The position numbers and the translations under genes are program-made. A stretch of DNA of 43,633 nucleotides. Origin: Chthonomonadaceae bacterium (lineage in GTDB: Bacteria; Armatimonadota; Chthonomonadetes; Chthonomonadales; Chthonomonadaceae). Every line of letters begins with the position of its first letter. Positions within the stretch are counted from its first letter, which is position 1. The stretch spans positions 1 through 43,633 of the forward strand of contig DASRGZ010000164.1 of the NCBI GenBank assembly GCA_035650735.1. The letters are read 5' to 3'. The notes under the pieces are model-generated. The model saw only the letters and a list, made by a program, of their open reading frames with translations, ran no database searches and was not told where the DNA came from. Positions 1-8,222 of the stretch are shown here, piece by piece.

Positions 1-141
1 TTGTCTTCGGCTGGTGAGGCCGTGCTGATGGAGATCAGCGAGGAATGGGAGACAGGCAAAGCCTACCTGACTTTCGAGGACTAAACCAACGGCATCCGAA
101 GGGAGCCACCTGCAATTTTACAGAATGAGCTTGACACAACC
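1..141 (+). mobile_element. 3' end of an IS256-family insertion sequence (transposase C-terminus 1-84, with an apparent 1-nt frameshift, plus right terminal IR ~114-141)
   Basis: Frame 2 CLRLV joins frame 1 AVLMEISEEWETGKAYLTFED*, resembling the IS256 transposase C-terminus. It is followed by TTTTACAGAATGAGCTTGACACAACC, resembling an IS256 right end. Confidence 0.75.
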
Positions 142-223
142 GGTAGACACTCCCAGCCGTGTGGATCAATCTCACGCAGCCTGCTGCTGAGGAGATACGT
201 CCACACCGTTGGGAGGGATTACC
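142..223. mobile_element. 82-bp MITE, copy 1 (IS1-like ends)
   Basis: 80/82 identical to 26541-26622. Its 24-bp imperfect TIRs are GGTAGACACTCCCAGCCGTGTGGA and GGTAATCCCTCCCAACGGTGTGGA. Confidence 0.8.
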
Positions 224-649
224 AACTTCTTCAAGAACTGGAAGAAAAGGGGCTTCTCGCTGCCACCGCCTTCAAAGCTGTCCGCGCTTTTCAAATTGAG
301 GAGTTCGAGGATGAGGGGTCTCACTACTTTATCGAGCTAGAGGATGGCTCTGTACTTTACCTTAACGGCCAGTATCTCTACGATTACGAACCTATCGAAG
401 ACGATCCAGAATTAAACCGGCCAAGGCGGTTCCCCTGCACGGACTTTACCATCGGAAGGCATCGCGAACAGGGGGTATGTCGTGGATATTCTCTGTCGAG
501 GCCGTGTCCTAGAACCAGAGGTTGTTGCACCGCCCTTTGACGAAAGCGACTATCGCCGAGGGACTGAAGCCGAGGACGGAGAGATTATCCGAGATCGCAC
601 CTACGATCAACTTAAGGAAGAGAGACAGAGCAGAGGGCGATGGGCCTGA
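224..649 (+). pseudogene. 3' fragment of a hypothetical protein gene, cut by the MITE/IS and frameshifted at G5 (471-475)
   Basis: Frame 1 LLQELEEKGLL...EEFEDEGSHYFIELEDGSVLYLNGQYLYDY...RFPCTDF continues in frame 2 YVVDILCRGRVLEPEVVAPPF...RWA*. No start codon is present. Confidence 0.6.
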
Positions 650-1620
650 TAAGCCGAAGCGACAGCCATCTGAGAGAGCTAATCATATCCGTAATTTTAG
701 CGTATTTTATATTGACAGGCCGATCTATCTTCGCTAGAATGAACCGGATGGCCCGCTTTGCCAGCGGCAGGCCAGGTATGCCTGATTCTACCCGATTTTC
801 GGTCTGTCCTGCGGTAGGCTGACAGGCGACCCGAAGGCGCTGGATTTGATGGAAACAATGGAACAAATCAGGCGGATAATACGACGTATGCGTAAATAGC
901 TTGCTCCGGGACCCTATAATAGAGGGCAGGGGGCCGCAGTCGGGAACCATCACATTGAAAATTAGAGTACGTTTGTTTATGTAGGGAAATTTTGGAGATA
1001 GCGAAAACCCTTGATTTCTGGCAAGCCCGGCAGTAGAGAAGCGGCGCAAATAGCCCGATACTATAGCCATCTCGTAGAAATAAGCGCCGAGATATGGGGC
1101 AAGGATACTGGCGCAATCGGACTGTTTGTGTTATAATTTCAGCAATCGGGCTCATCTGGGCACAGAGGCTTGGCGGCATTGTCCGTCTTCTTGGGAAGAG
1201 CCTGGCGGGGCGGCAAGGCCAGGGGAAGGCATCCGAGACGCGCTTTGCCGGTCTATCGGCATTTACAAGGAGGTCAACGATCCTGACTCCACCAGAAACG
1301 AACGTTGCTAAGAATATCAGACCGTTCCCACGGATGGCGCACATCGGCGTTGGGGACGCTGCTCATCGCTTTTTTGCAGAGTTCGGAGCCTCATCCGGCG
1401 GATTGCTCCGGCATTCTGGATGGCGTTCCGGGTGTGCCGATTCTCTATCCTGCAAATCGCTTTCGTTCGGGCTGAGAACCAACGTAGCTGAGAACCAGCG
1501 TAATAGATGTGCGTAGCGCTTCTGACAATGTGGCCTAGGCGCCGGCAGCGTCCGCGAGTAAGGGACTGCCGTGTTGAAATACCATTACAAGTGTCTGGGC
1601 CAATGTCGCTGCCAGGCCGT

Positions 1621-1658
1621 CTCGGTGGGAAAGGTGTTCGTTCCGCCGGGGCTTTTTT
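1621..1658 (+). terminator. Intrinsic terminator upstream of prkA
   Basis: Stem CTCGGTGGGA/TTCCGCCGGG followed by GCTTTTTT. Confidence 0.6.
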
Positions 1659-1717
1659 ATTTGTCGGCTAGAATGGAGCTTTTTCTCGCCTTTTCGGTCG
1701 TGGTAAAGCGTGCCCGG

Positions 1718-1733
1718 TGGCCTGAATTGTGCA
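1718..1733 (+). promoter_or_regulatory. Putative sigma54 -24/-12 promoter of prkA
   Basis: TGGCCTGAATTGTGCA (GG-N10-GC), ~40 nt upstream of the ATG. Confidence 0.55.
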
Positions 1734-1775
1734 AGAAGATTTCAGATCATAGGGCACGCAGGAGGAGCATAGTGT

Positions 1776-3728
1776 ATGATTTCCATCAATCCATCGGAGT
1801 TTCTCAGGCAAGTGGAGGCGCAGCGCAGCCAGGAACGCGCCCTGGCCTGGGAAGGTACTTTTGGGGATTACCTGAATATAATCGCGCAGCGCCCTCATGC
1901 CGCCGATCTGGCGCACGCGCGTTTGTATAATATGGTGACGGCGGCAGGCCTAGAGGAGAGCGGCGACGGCCTGCCGCGCAAGTACAAGTTCTTCCAGGAA
2001 GACCTTTATGGCATGGAGCGCACGCTCCAGCAACTGGTCGAGGAGTACCTGAGCCCGGCAGCGCGCCGCCTGGACATCCGCAAGCGCATCCTGATGCTCG
2101 TTGGCCCGGTCGGCGGCGGTAAATCCACGCTGGTCACGCTGATCAAGCGCGGCCTGGAAAAATATAGCAAGACGGAGGAGGGCGCCGCCTACGCCATCAA
2201 GGGCTGCCCCATGCACGAGGAGCCGCTGCATCTGGTCCCCGAAGATTTGCGGGCCGATTTCAAGCGGAATTTCGGCGTCTATATTGAGGGCGACCTCTGC
2301 CCGGTGTGCCGCTATCGCCTGGAGCATGAATGGGAAGGCAACATCCACAACGTCCCGGTGCAGCGCATCTTCTTCTCCGAGCGGAACCGCGTGGGCATAG
2401 GCACCTTCAAACCGGCCGACCCCAAGAGCCAGGATGTGGCGGAACTCACCGGCAGCGTCAATATACAGGCCTTGACTGAGTTCGGCCAGGAGTCGGACCC
2501 GCGCGCCTATAACTTCGACGGGGAGCTCAATATCGCCAACCGGGGGGTGATGGAGTTCATCGAGATGCTCAAGGCGGAGAAGCGGTTCCTGTACGAATTG
2601 AATACCGTCGCCGGTGAGCAGACGATCAAAGCTAGCCGCTTCGCGCTCATCTACTGCGATGTGGCGGTCATCGCCCACACCAACGAGTATGAGTACAACT
2701 CCTACTTCTCTAACAAAGAGAATGAGGCGATGATTGACCGCATCTATGTCATCAAGGTGCCGTACAACCTGCGGGTGAGCGAGGAAGTGCGTATCTACGA
2801 GAAGCTGATCGGGCAGAGCGACGTGCACGACTTGGACGGCAATAATGAGCTGGATCTGTCCAAGATCCACATTGCACCGCACACGCTGCGGGTCGCCTCA
2901 ATGTTTGCGATCCTGACGCGCTTGAAGCCAAGCAAGAAGGCGGGTCTATCGCTGATGACCAAGATGAAGCTTTACGACGGGGAAAAGCAGGTCGGCGACT
3001 GGGATCAGCGCCACGTCAAGGAGCTACGAGATGAGTATCTGGACGAGGGCATGACGGGGGTTTCGCCCCGCTTCATCATCAACCGGATCTCCTCGGCGCT
3101 GGTCAAGGGCGGCAAGACCTATGTGACCCCGATTGACGTGCTGCGCTCGCTGCGCGACGGCATCACGGAGTACACCAACAACGAAGAGGAGCGGCGCAAG
3201 CTGCTGGGCTTTATTGACGAGGTCCGCAAGGAATTCGACGAGATGGCGAAGAAGGAAGTACAGCGGGCCTTTGTGTACTCGTATGAGGAGTCGGCCAAGA
3301 CGTTGCTCGATAATTACATTGACAACGTGGAAGCCTACTGCAACCGCGAGAAGGTCAAGCATCCGATTACCGGCGAGGATGTGGACCCGGATGAGCGGCT
3401 GATGCGCTCGATTGAGGAGCAGATCGGCGTGACGGAGAACGCCAAGCGGGAGTTCCGCGAGGGCGTGATGCGCTCGGTGGCCTCGCTGATGCGCCGGGGT
3501 CAGCAGTTCTCGGTCGCTTCGGACGAGCGTCTGAAGGAGGCGATTGAGAAGAAGCTCTTCGCCGACCTCAAGGACATCGTCAAGATCACGACGAGCACCA
3601 AGACGCCGGACGCCGAGCAGCTTAAGAAGATCAACGAGGTGGTGGATCGGATGTGCCGTGAGCAGGGATACACGCCGGAGTCGGCCAACGAGCTGCTGCG
3701 CTACGTCGGCACGCTGCTCAATAGGTAA
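1776..3728 (+). CDS. prkA: PrkA/YeaG-family AAA+ serine protein kinase
   Basis: 650 aa; Walker A GPVGGGKS, GCPMHEEPLHL and DGELNIANRG motifs; GGAGG RBS; clustered with yhbH and spoVR. Confidence 0.95.
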   Translation: MISINPSEFLRQVEAQRSQERALAWEGTFGDYLNIIAQRPHAADLAHARLYNMVTAAGLEESGDGLPRKYKFFQEDLYGMERTLQQLVEEYLSPAARRLDIRKRILMLVGPVGGGKSTLVTLIKRGLEKYSKTEEGAAYAIKGCPMHEEPLHLVPEDLRADFKRNFGVYIEGDLCPVCRYRLEHEWEGNIHNVPVQRIFFSERNRVGIGTFKPADPKSQDVAELTGSVNIQALTEFGQESDPRAYNFDGELNIANRGVMEFIEMLKAEKRFLYELNTVAGEQTIKASRFALIYCDVAVIAHTNEYEYNSYFSNKENEAMIDRIYVIKVPYNLRVSEEVRIYEKLIGQSDVHDLDGNNELDLSKIHIAPHTLRVASMFAILTRLKPSKKAGLSLMTKMKLYDGEKQVGDWDQRHVKELRDEYLDEGMTGVSPRFIINRISSALVKGGKTYVTPIDVLRSLRDGITEYTNNEEERRKLLGFIDEVRKEFDEMAKKEVQRAFVYSYEESAKTLLDNYIDNVEAYCNREKVKHPITGEDVDPDERLMRSIEEQIGVTENAKREFREGVMRSVASLMRRGQQFSVASDERLKEAIEKKLFADLKDIVKITTSTKTPDAEQLKKINEVVDRMCREQGYTPESANELLRYVGTLLNR

Positions 3729-3737
3729 TAGACCGCA

Positions 3738-3850
3738 CCCCCTACCCCTCTCCTTGCGGAGGAGAGGGGAGAGGAGAAGCCGGGGTTTTTCTGCCCACGT
3801 AGGTGGGCAGCAGGCCGTAGGCCCCACAGCGGCAGGGTTTAGCCTGCCGG
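3738..3850. repeat. REP-like palindrome cluster
   Basis: Modules CCCCTCTCC..GGAGAGGGG, GCCCACGTAGGTGGGC and CCCCACAGCGGCAGGGTTTAGCCTGCCG all recur elsewhere in the window. Confidence 0.8.
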
Positions 3851-4099
3851 AAGGGGAGTTAGGTCAAGTAAAGGCGGCAGATGGGGTTCGCTATGCACCT
3901 ATCTGCCGTCTGAGGTATATGCGGAAACCCGCAAAGTGTGCGTTACGTCTATTAAGGTATATAAGCGTGTACGTGTGCTGAGAGAACGCGGAAGCCGGGT
4001 GCAAAGGAGGACGCATCGGGCTTCGTGGAGAACAGGGCAAACCAAACGCGGATAGCGTGTCCGACAGGTTAGAGTTGCTTGCCTAAGGGGTGTGTAACG

Positions 4100-5260
4100 A
4101 TGCCGCAATTCTCATTGAGTACCGATAGCTGGGATCTGCATCGGCGCGCCGAGCGCGACCGCCAGCGGCATAACGAGAAAGTCAAAGAGGTGATCAAGAA
4201 GAACCTCGGCGACATCATCAGCCAGCAGGACATCATCACGGCGGACCAGGGCAAGATCATCAAGATTCCCGTGCGCGGCCTGGAGCTGCCGCGCATCCGC
4301 TTTGACGACGAGGAGCGCGAGCGCGTCGGCCAGGGGACGGGCGGCACCAAGCCCGGCGATGTCCTGGGCCGCATCCCGAAGCAGGGCCAGGGCACGGGCA
4401 AGGAGGCCGGCCATGAGGCCGGTGTGGACTTCTACGAGGCCGAATTAACCCTGGAAGAGCTGACGGAGCTGGTGTTCGAAGACCTGCACCTGCCCAACCT
4501 GGAGGATCGAGGGGTCAAGCAGATCCTGTCGGAACACGCTGAGTTTAACAGCATCAGCAAGCGGGGCATCTCCAGCAATCTGGACCGCAAGCGCACCCTT
4601 CTGGAAGCCTACAAGCGCAACGCGCGCGCGGGCAAGCCCGGCTGGGACATCCGCAACGAGGATCGCCGCTATAAGACGTGGGAGATAGTCACCGAGCCGC
4701 AGCGCAATGCGGTTATCTTCGCCATGCGCGACGTGTCGGGCTCGATGGGCGAGTTTGAAGCCTATATCTGCCGCTCGTTCTACTTCTGGATGCTGCGCTT
4801 CCTGCGCCGCAAGTACGCCAGCGCTGAGATCGTCTTTATTACCTGCCACACGGAGGCCAAAGAGGTAGATGAGCACGCCTTCTTCGGCCTGGGCGATTCG
4901 GGCGGCACGAAGATGAGCGAAGCCTACAAGTTGGCGATGCAGATCATTGACAAGCGGTACAACCCGCGCGAGTGGAACATCTACCCGTTCCTGTTCTCGG
5001 ACGGTTATAACTGGGGCGATGCGGAATGCGTCGAGCTCGTCCGCAAAATGGTGGAGATCTGTAATCTGGTTGGTTACGGCGAGATAGCCAACGATATCTG
5101 GAGCCAGTCGCCGCACTTCGCGCCGCTGGGGCAGGCCTACCAGGAAGCCTTCGCCAATGACCGGCGGGTCTGCCTGGTCAAGATCAACTCGAAAGAAGAT
5201 GTCTGGCCGGCCCTGAAGAAGTTTTTCAGCAAGCACCCGGAATTGCAGGAGGTGGATTAG
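4100..5260 (+). CDS. yhbH: YhbH/YeaH (DUF444) family protein
   Basis: DRQRHNEKVKEVIK start motif and vWA-like DVSGSM, GGT and SDGYNW motifs; lies between prkA and spoVR. ATG 4100 preferred over TTG 4079. Confidence 0.92.
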   Translation: MPQFSLSTDSWDLHRRAERDRQRHNEKVKEVIKKNLGDIISQQDIITADQGKIIKIPVRGLELPRIRFDDEERERVGQGTGGTKPGDVLGRIPKQGQGTGKEAGHEAGVDFYEAELTLEELTELVFEDLHLPNLEDRGVKQILSEHAEFNSISKRGISSNLDRKRTLLEAYKRNARAGKPGWDIRNEDRRYKTWEIVTEPQRNAVIFAMRDVSGSMGEFEAYICRSFYFWMLRFLRRKYASAEIVFITCHTEAKEVDEHAFFGLGDSGGTKMSEAYKLAMQIIDKRYNPREWNIYPFLFSDGYNWGDAECVELVRKMVEICNLVGYGEIANDIWSQSPHFAPLGQAYQEAFANDRRVCLVKINSKEDVWPALKKFFSKHPELQEVD

Positions 5261-5261
5261 C

Positions 5262-6713
5262 ATGAATCTGAGCGAACGGGAGGAGCTGGAAAAGTGGATT
5301 GACATCATCATGGAGAAGGCGGCGGAGTGCGGGCTGGATTGCTACCCGACGCACTTCGAGGTGGTGCCGGACCACGTCATCTATGAGCTGGGCAGCTATT
5401 CCCTGCCGGCGCGCTTCTCGCACTGGACGTTCGGGCGGGACTACCACCGCCAGAAGACGATGTACGAGTACGGCATGGCCAAGATCTATGAGATCGTCTT
5501 CAACACCGATCCCTGCCAGGCGTTCCTGCTGGACAGCAACTCCATGCTGGCGCACAAGTTCGTCATCGCCCACGTCCTGGGGCATAACGATTTCTTTAAG
5601 AACAATATCTACTTTGATCATACCGACCGCAATATGATCGAGCAGGTGCGCCTGCACAGCAACCGTATCCGCAAGTATGAGGAGGAGTACGGCCCGCTGG
5701 TGGTCGAAGAGTTCCTGGATGCGGTGCTCTCCATTGAGGAGCATTTCGACCTCGGCGCGACGACCACGTTCCGCCGCAAGTCGGCGGAGGAGTACGAGGC
5801 GGAGCGGCGCAACCCGCAAAAGCCCGTCACTGAGTTTGACGACCTCTGGAACTTGATGGAGGATAACAGAGGGCCGGAGACTCCGAAGCCGCGCAAGTTC
5901 CCGCCGGAGCCGGAAAAGGATGTGCTCTGCTTCCTGCGCGACTACGCCCCGGAGCTGGAGAAGTGGCAGCGCGACATCCTGAACATGATCCGTGAGGAGA
6001 TGATCTATTTCATCCCGCAGATGCGGACGAAGATCATGAACGAGGGTTGGGCCTCCTTCTGGCATGAGCGCATCCTGACGGAGCTGCCCCTGACGCCGGA
6101 GGAGCACCTGGAGTTCCGCCGGATGCATTCCGCCGTGCTCTCGCCGGGATCACGGATGTCGATCAATCCATACTATGTCGGCTACAACATCTTCCGCGAT
6201 ATTGAGCGGCGCTGGAACGGCGAGGAGGATAAGGACTATCCGGAGGTGGATTGGCGCGGCGAGAAGCTGGATCGGCCGCAGGGTGAGGGGATGAAGAAGA
6301 TATTCGAGGTCCGCCGCGACGAGTCGGATGTCTCCTTCCTGCGCAAGTACCTGACCGAGGGCCTGGTGAAAAAGCTGGATATGTATACCTACCGGCTCGA
6401 AGAGGTCAACGGCGAGCGGGTATGGGTGGTGCAGGAGACGGACTGGCGGCGTGTGCGCGATACGCTGCTGGACTCGATGACCAACTTCGGCATTCCGGTC
6501 ATCTACGTAGAGGATGCCGATTACAACCGGCACGGCGAGTTGCTGCTCACGCACGCCTACGACGGCAAGCAGCTTGATCTGGACTATACGGCGCGCACGC
6601 TCAAGAATCTGTTTAAACTCTGGAAGCGGCCCGTGCATATCGCCACGGTGGTGGACGATACCAAAACGCTTTTGACCTTTGATGGCGAGGAGTTTACGCA
6701 GTCGGCGCTGTAG
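5262..6713 (+). CDS. spoVR: SpoVR/YcgB family protein
   Basis: HWTFG, IYEIVFN, AHVLGHNDFFKNN, TKIMNEGWASFWH and NPYYVG motifs. Confidence 0.95.
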   Translation: MNLSEREELEKWIDIIMEKAAECGLDCYPTHFEVVPDHVIYELGSYSLPARFSHWTFGRDYHRQKTMYEYGMAKIYEIVFNTDPCQAFLLDSNSMLAHKFVIAHVLGHNDFFKNNIYFDHTDRNMIEQVRLHSNRIRKYEEEYGPLVVEEFLDAVLSIEEHFDLGATTTFRRKSAEEYEAERRNPQKPVTEFDDLWNLMEDNRGPETPKPRKFPPEPEKDVLCFLRDYAPELEKWQRDILNMIREEMIYFIPQMRTKIMNEGWASFWHERILTELPLTPEEHLEFRRMHSAVLSPGSRMSINPYYVGYNIFRDIERRWNGEEDKDYPEVDWRGEKLDRPQGEGMKKIFEVRRDESDVSFLRKYLTEGLVKKLDMYTYRLEEVNGERVWVVQETDWRRVRDTLLDSMTNFGIPVIYVEDADYNRHGELLLTHAYDGKQLDLDYTARTLKNLFKLWKRPVHIATVVDDTKTLLTFDGEEFTQSAL

Positions 6714-6719
6714 TCCTCA

Positions 6720-6925
6720 GCCCCGGCCCCACAGCGGCAGGGTTTAGCCTGCCGCTGTGGGCCGCTTTGCGCCCGTCGCCCACCTACGTGGGCGAGACTC
6801 CCTGCCTGCGCAGGCAGTACCTATAGAGAGGGGTGGTAATGATCTTGCGTATCTCCCGGATCTTCTGCCTGCGCAGGCGGGCAGCAGGCCATAGGCCCCG
6901 CAGCGGCAGGGTTTAGCCTGCCGGG
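6720..6925. repeat. REP-like palindrome cluster between convergent genes
   Basis: Long hairpin CCCACAGCGGCAGG-GTTTAG-CCTGCCGCTGTGGG, a GCCCACCTACGTGGGC palindrome, and a second CGGCAGGGTTTAGCCTGCCG copy. Confidence 0.85.
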
Positions 6926-6943
6926 CTGGCGGTGGGGGTTGTT

Positions 6944-8068
6944 CTACCAGTCGGCAACCGAGTTATCGTCCGGGTGGAACCAGCGGCCAATGTCGGGCAC
7001 GGGCGGCAGGGGATGGGCGGCAATCCACTCCTCGTCCGGCTCGATGCCCAGGCCCGGTTTGTTGGGCAGCGCGATATAGCCGTCCTGAATGACGAACGGC
7101 TCTTTCAGGTAGCCCTCGCCCAGCGCGGCGGGATAGACGATCTCCTGCACCAGGAAGTTGGGGGTGCAGGCGTCTATATGGAGGCAGGCCGCCAGGTTGA
7201 TCGGGCCGTAGGCGCTGTGGGGCGCTAGCGCCGCATAGTAGGTTTCGGCCATGCCGGCGATGTGGCGCGTCTCCCAGATGCCGCCGCAGATGCAGGGGTC
7301 CGGCTGTAGGATAGAGGCCGCGCCCTTCTCCAGCACCTCCCGGAAGCCCCACTTCGTAAACAGCCGCTCGCCGGTTGCCAGCGGCGTCTTGAACTGCTTT
7401 GCCACGCGGGCCAGGGCGTCCGCGTTCTCCGGCAGCACCGGCTCCTCGATGAATAGGGGATGGAACGGACGGATCGCCTCCTCCAGCCAGACGGCCATCG
7501 TTGGGCTGACGCGCCCGTGAAAGTCCAGCAGGATGTCCACGCCGGTCCCGACCGCCTCGCGCACCGCTTGCACCCGCGCCGCCGCCTCTTCTACCACCTG
7601 ATAGTGATCTACGATGTGAACTTTGTCGGTCGGACAGAACTTCATGGCCGTGAAGCCAAGCGAGACCATCTCCCTGGCCTGGCGGGCGTACTCCTCCGGG
7701 GTTCTGCCGCCGATATGCGGATACATACGGATGCGGTCGCGCACGTTTCCGCCGAGCAATTGCCAGACCGGAACGCCCAGCGACTTGCCGAGGATGTCCC
7801 ACATGGCCATCTCCAGCCCACTGATGGCGGCGTTAAGCGTGGGACCGCCCCGCCAGAAGGCGCCCCGATACAGGCTTTGCCAGTGGTGCTGAATGCGGCG
7901 CGGGTCTTCCCCGATCAGGGCGTGCTCGAAGCTGCGAACAGCCTCTGCATGCAGTGACGCCTTATCGCCCAGGCATTCGCCGTAGCCGGTGATGCCCTCG
8001 TCCGTCTCCATCTTGACGAAAAGCCAGCGCGGCACGACCGCCATTGTCTGAATGCGTGTGATCTGCAT
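6944..8068 (-). CDS. dgoD: Galactonate dehydratase (enolase superfamily)
   Basis: PRWLFVKMETDEGITGYGE, LDFHGR, FIEEP, ATGER and ILQPD motifs. ATG 8068 has a GGGAGGA RBS. The exact sugar-acid substrate is uncertain. Confidence 0.8.
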   Translation of the reverse strand: MQITRIQTMAVVPRWLFVKMETDEGITGYGECLGDKASLHAEAVRSFEHALIGEDPRRIQHHWQSLYRGAFWRGGPTLNAAISGLEMAMWDILGKSLGVPVWQLLGGNVRDRIRMYPHIGGRTPEEYARQAREMVSLGFTAMKFCPTDKVHIVDHYQVVEEAAARVQAVREAVGTGVDILLDFHGRVSPTMAVWLEEAIRPFHPLFIEEPVLPENADALARVAKQFKTPLATGERLFTKWGFREVLEKGAASILQPDPCICGGIWETRHIAGMAETYYAALAPHSAYGPINLAACLHIDACTPNFLVQEIVYPAALGEGYLKEPFVIQDGYIALPNKPGLGIEPDEEWIAAHPLPPVPDIGRWFHPDDNSVADW

Positions 8069-8072
8069 GGAT

Positions 8073-8222
8073 GTCCTCCCTTTGCCCGTATAGAGGTTTC
8101 CCGTGTTCCTCCCGGTGAATATAACTGCCTGATTGCCCCCCTTTTCGTGTGTAGAGGCTTCGTCTCCCAGCAACAGCACGGGCAGCGTTACGTTTTGGTT
8201 CCTTTGCGCGTGTAGAGGCTTC
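8073..8222 (+). CRISPR. Degenerate orphan CRISPR-like mini-array (3 repeats, 2 spacers)
   Basis: 22-bp cores at 8079, 8140 and 8201 with an exact 61-bp period, hairpin-forming, separated by unrelated equal-length spacers. No cas genes are in the window. Confidence 0.45.

Noticed and set aside
1465..1510. TPP riboswitch (GCTGAGA, AGCGTA)
   Set aside because: It lacks the CCTGA(T/A)/TAAT core and P-stems; it is a simple tandem repeat.
522..1516. Short ORFs in the region upstream of prkA
   Set aside because: No RBS, recognisable motif or coding-like composition.
4030..4090. c-di-GMP-I riboswitch (GGGCAAACC) before yhbH
   Set aside because: There is no GNRA-capped P2, GCAAAG or P3 element.
1776..6713. 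prkA-yhbH-spoVR as evidence of sporulation
   Set aside because: This trio (yeaG-yeaH-ycgB) is widespread in non-sporulating bacteria.
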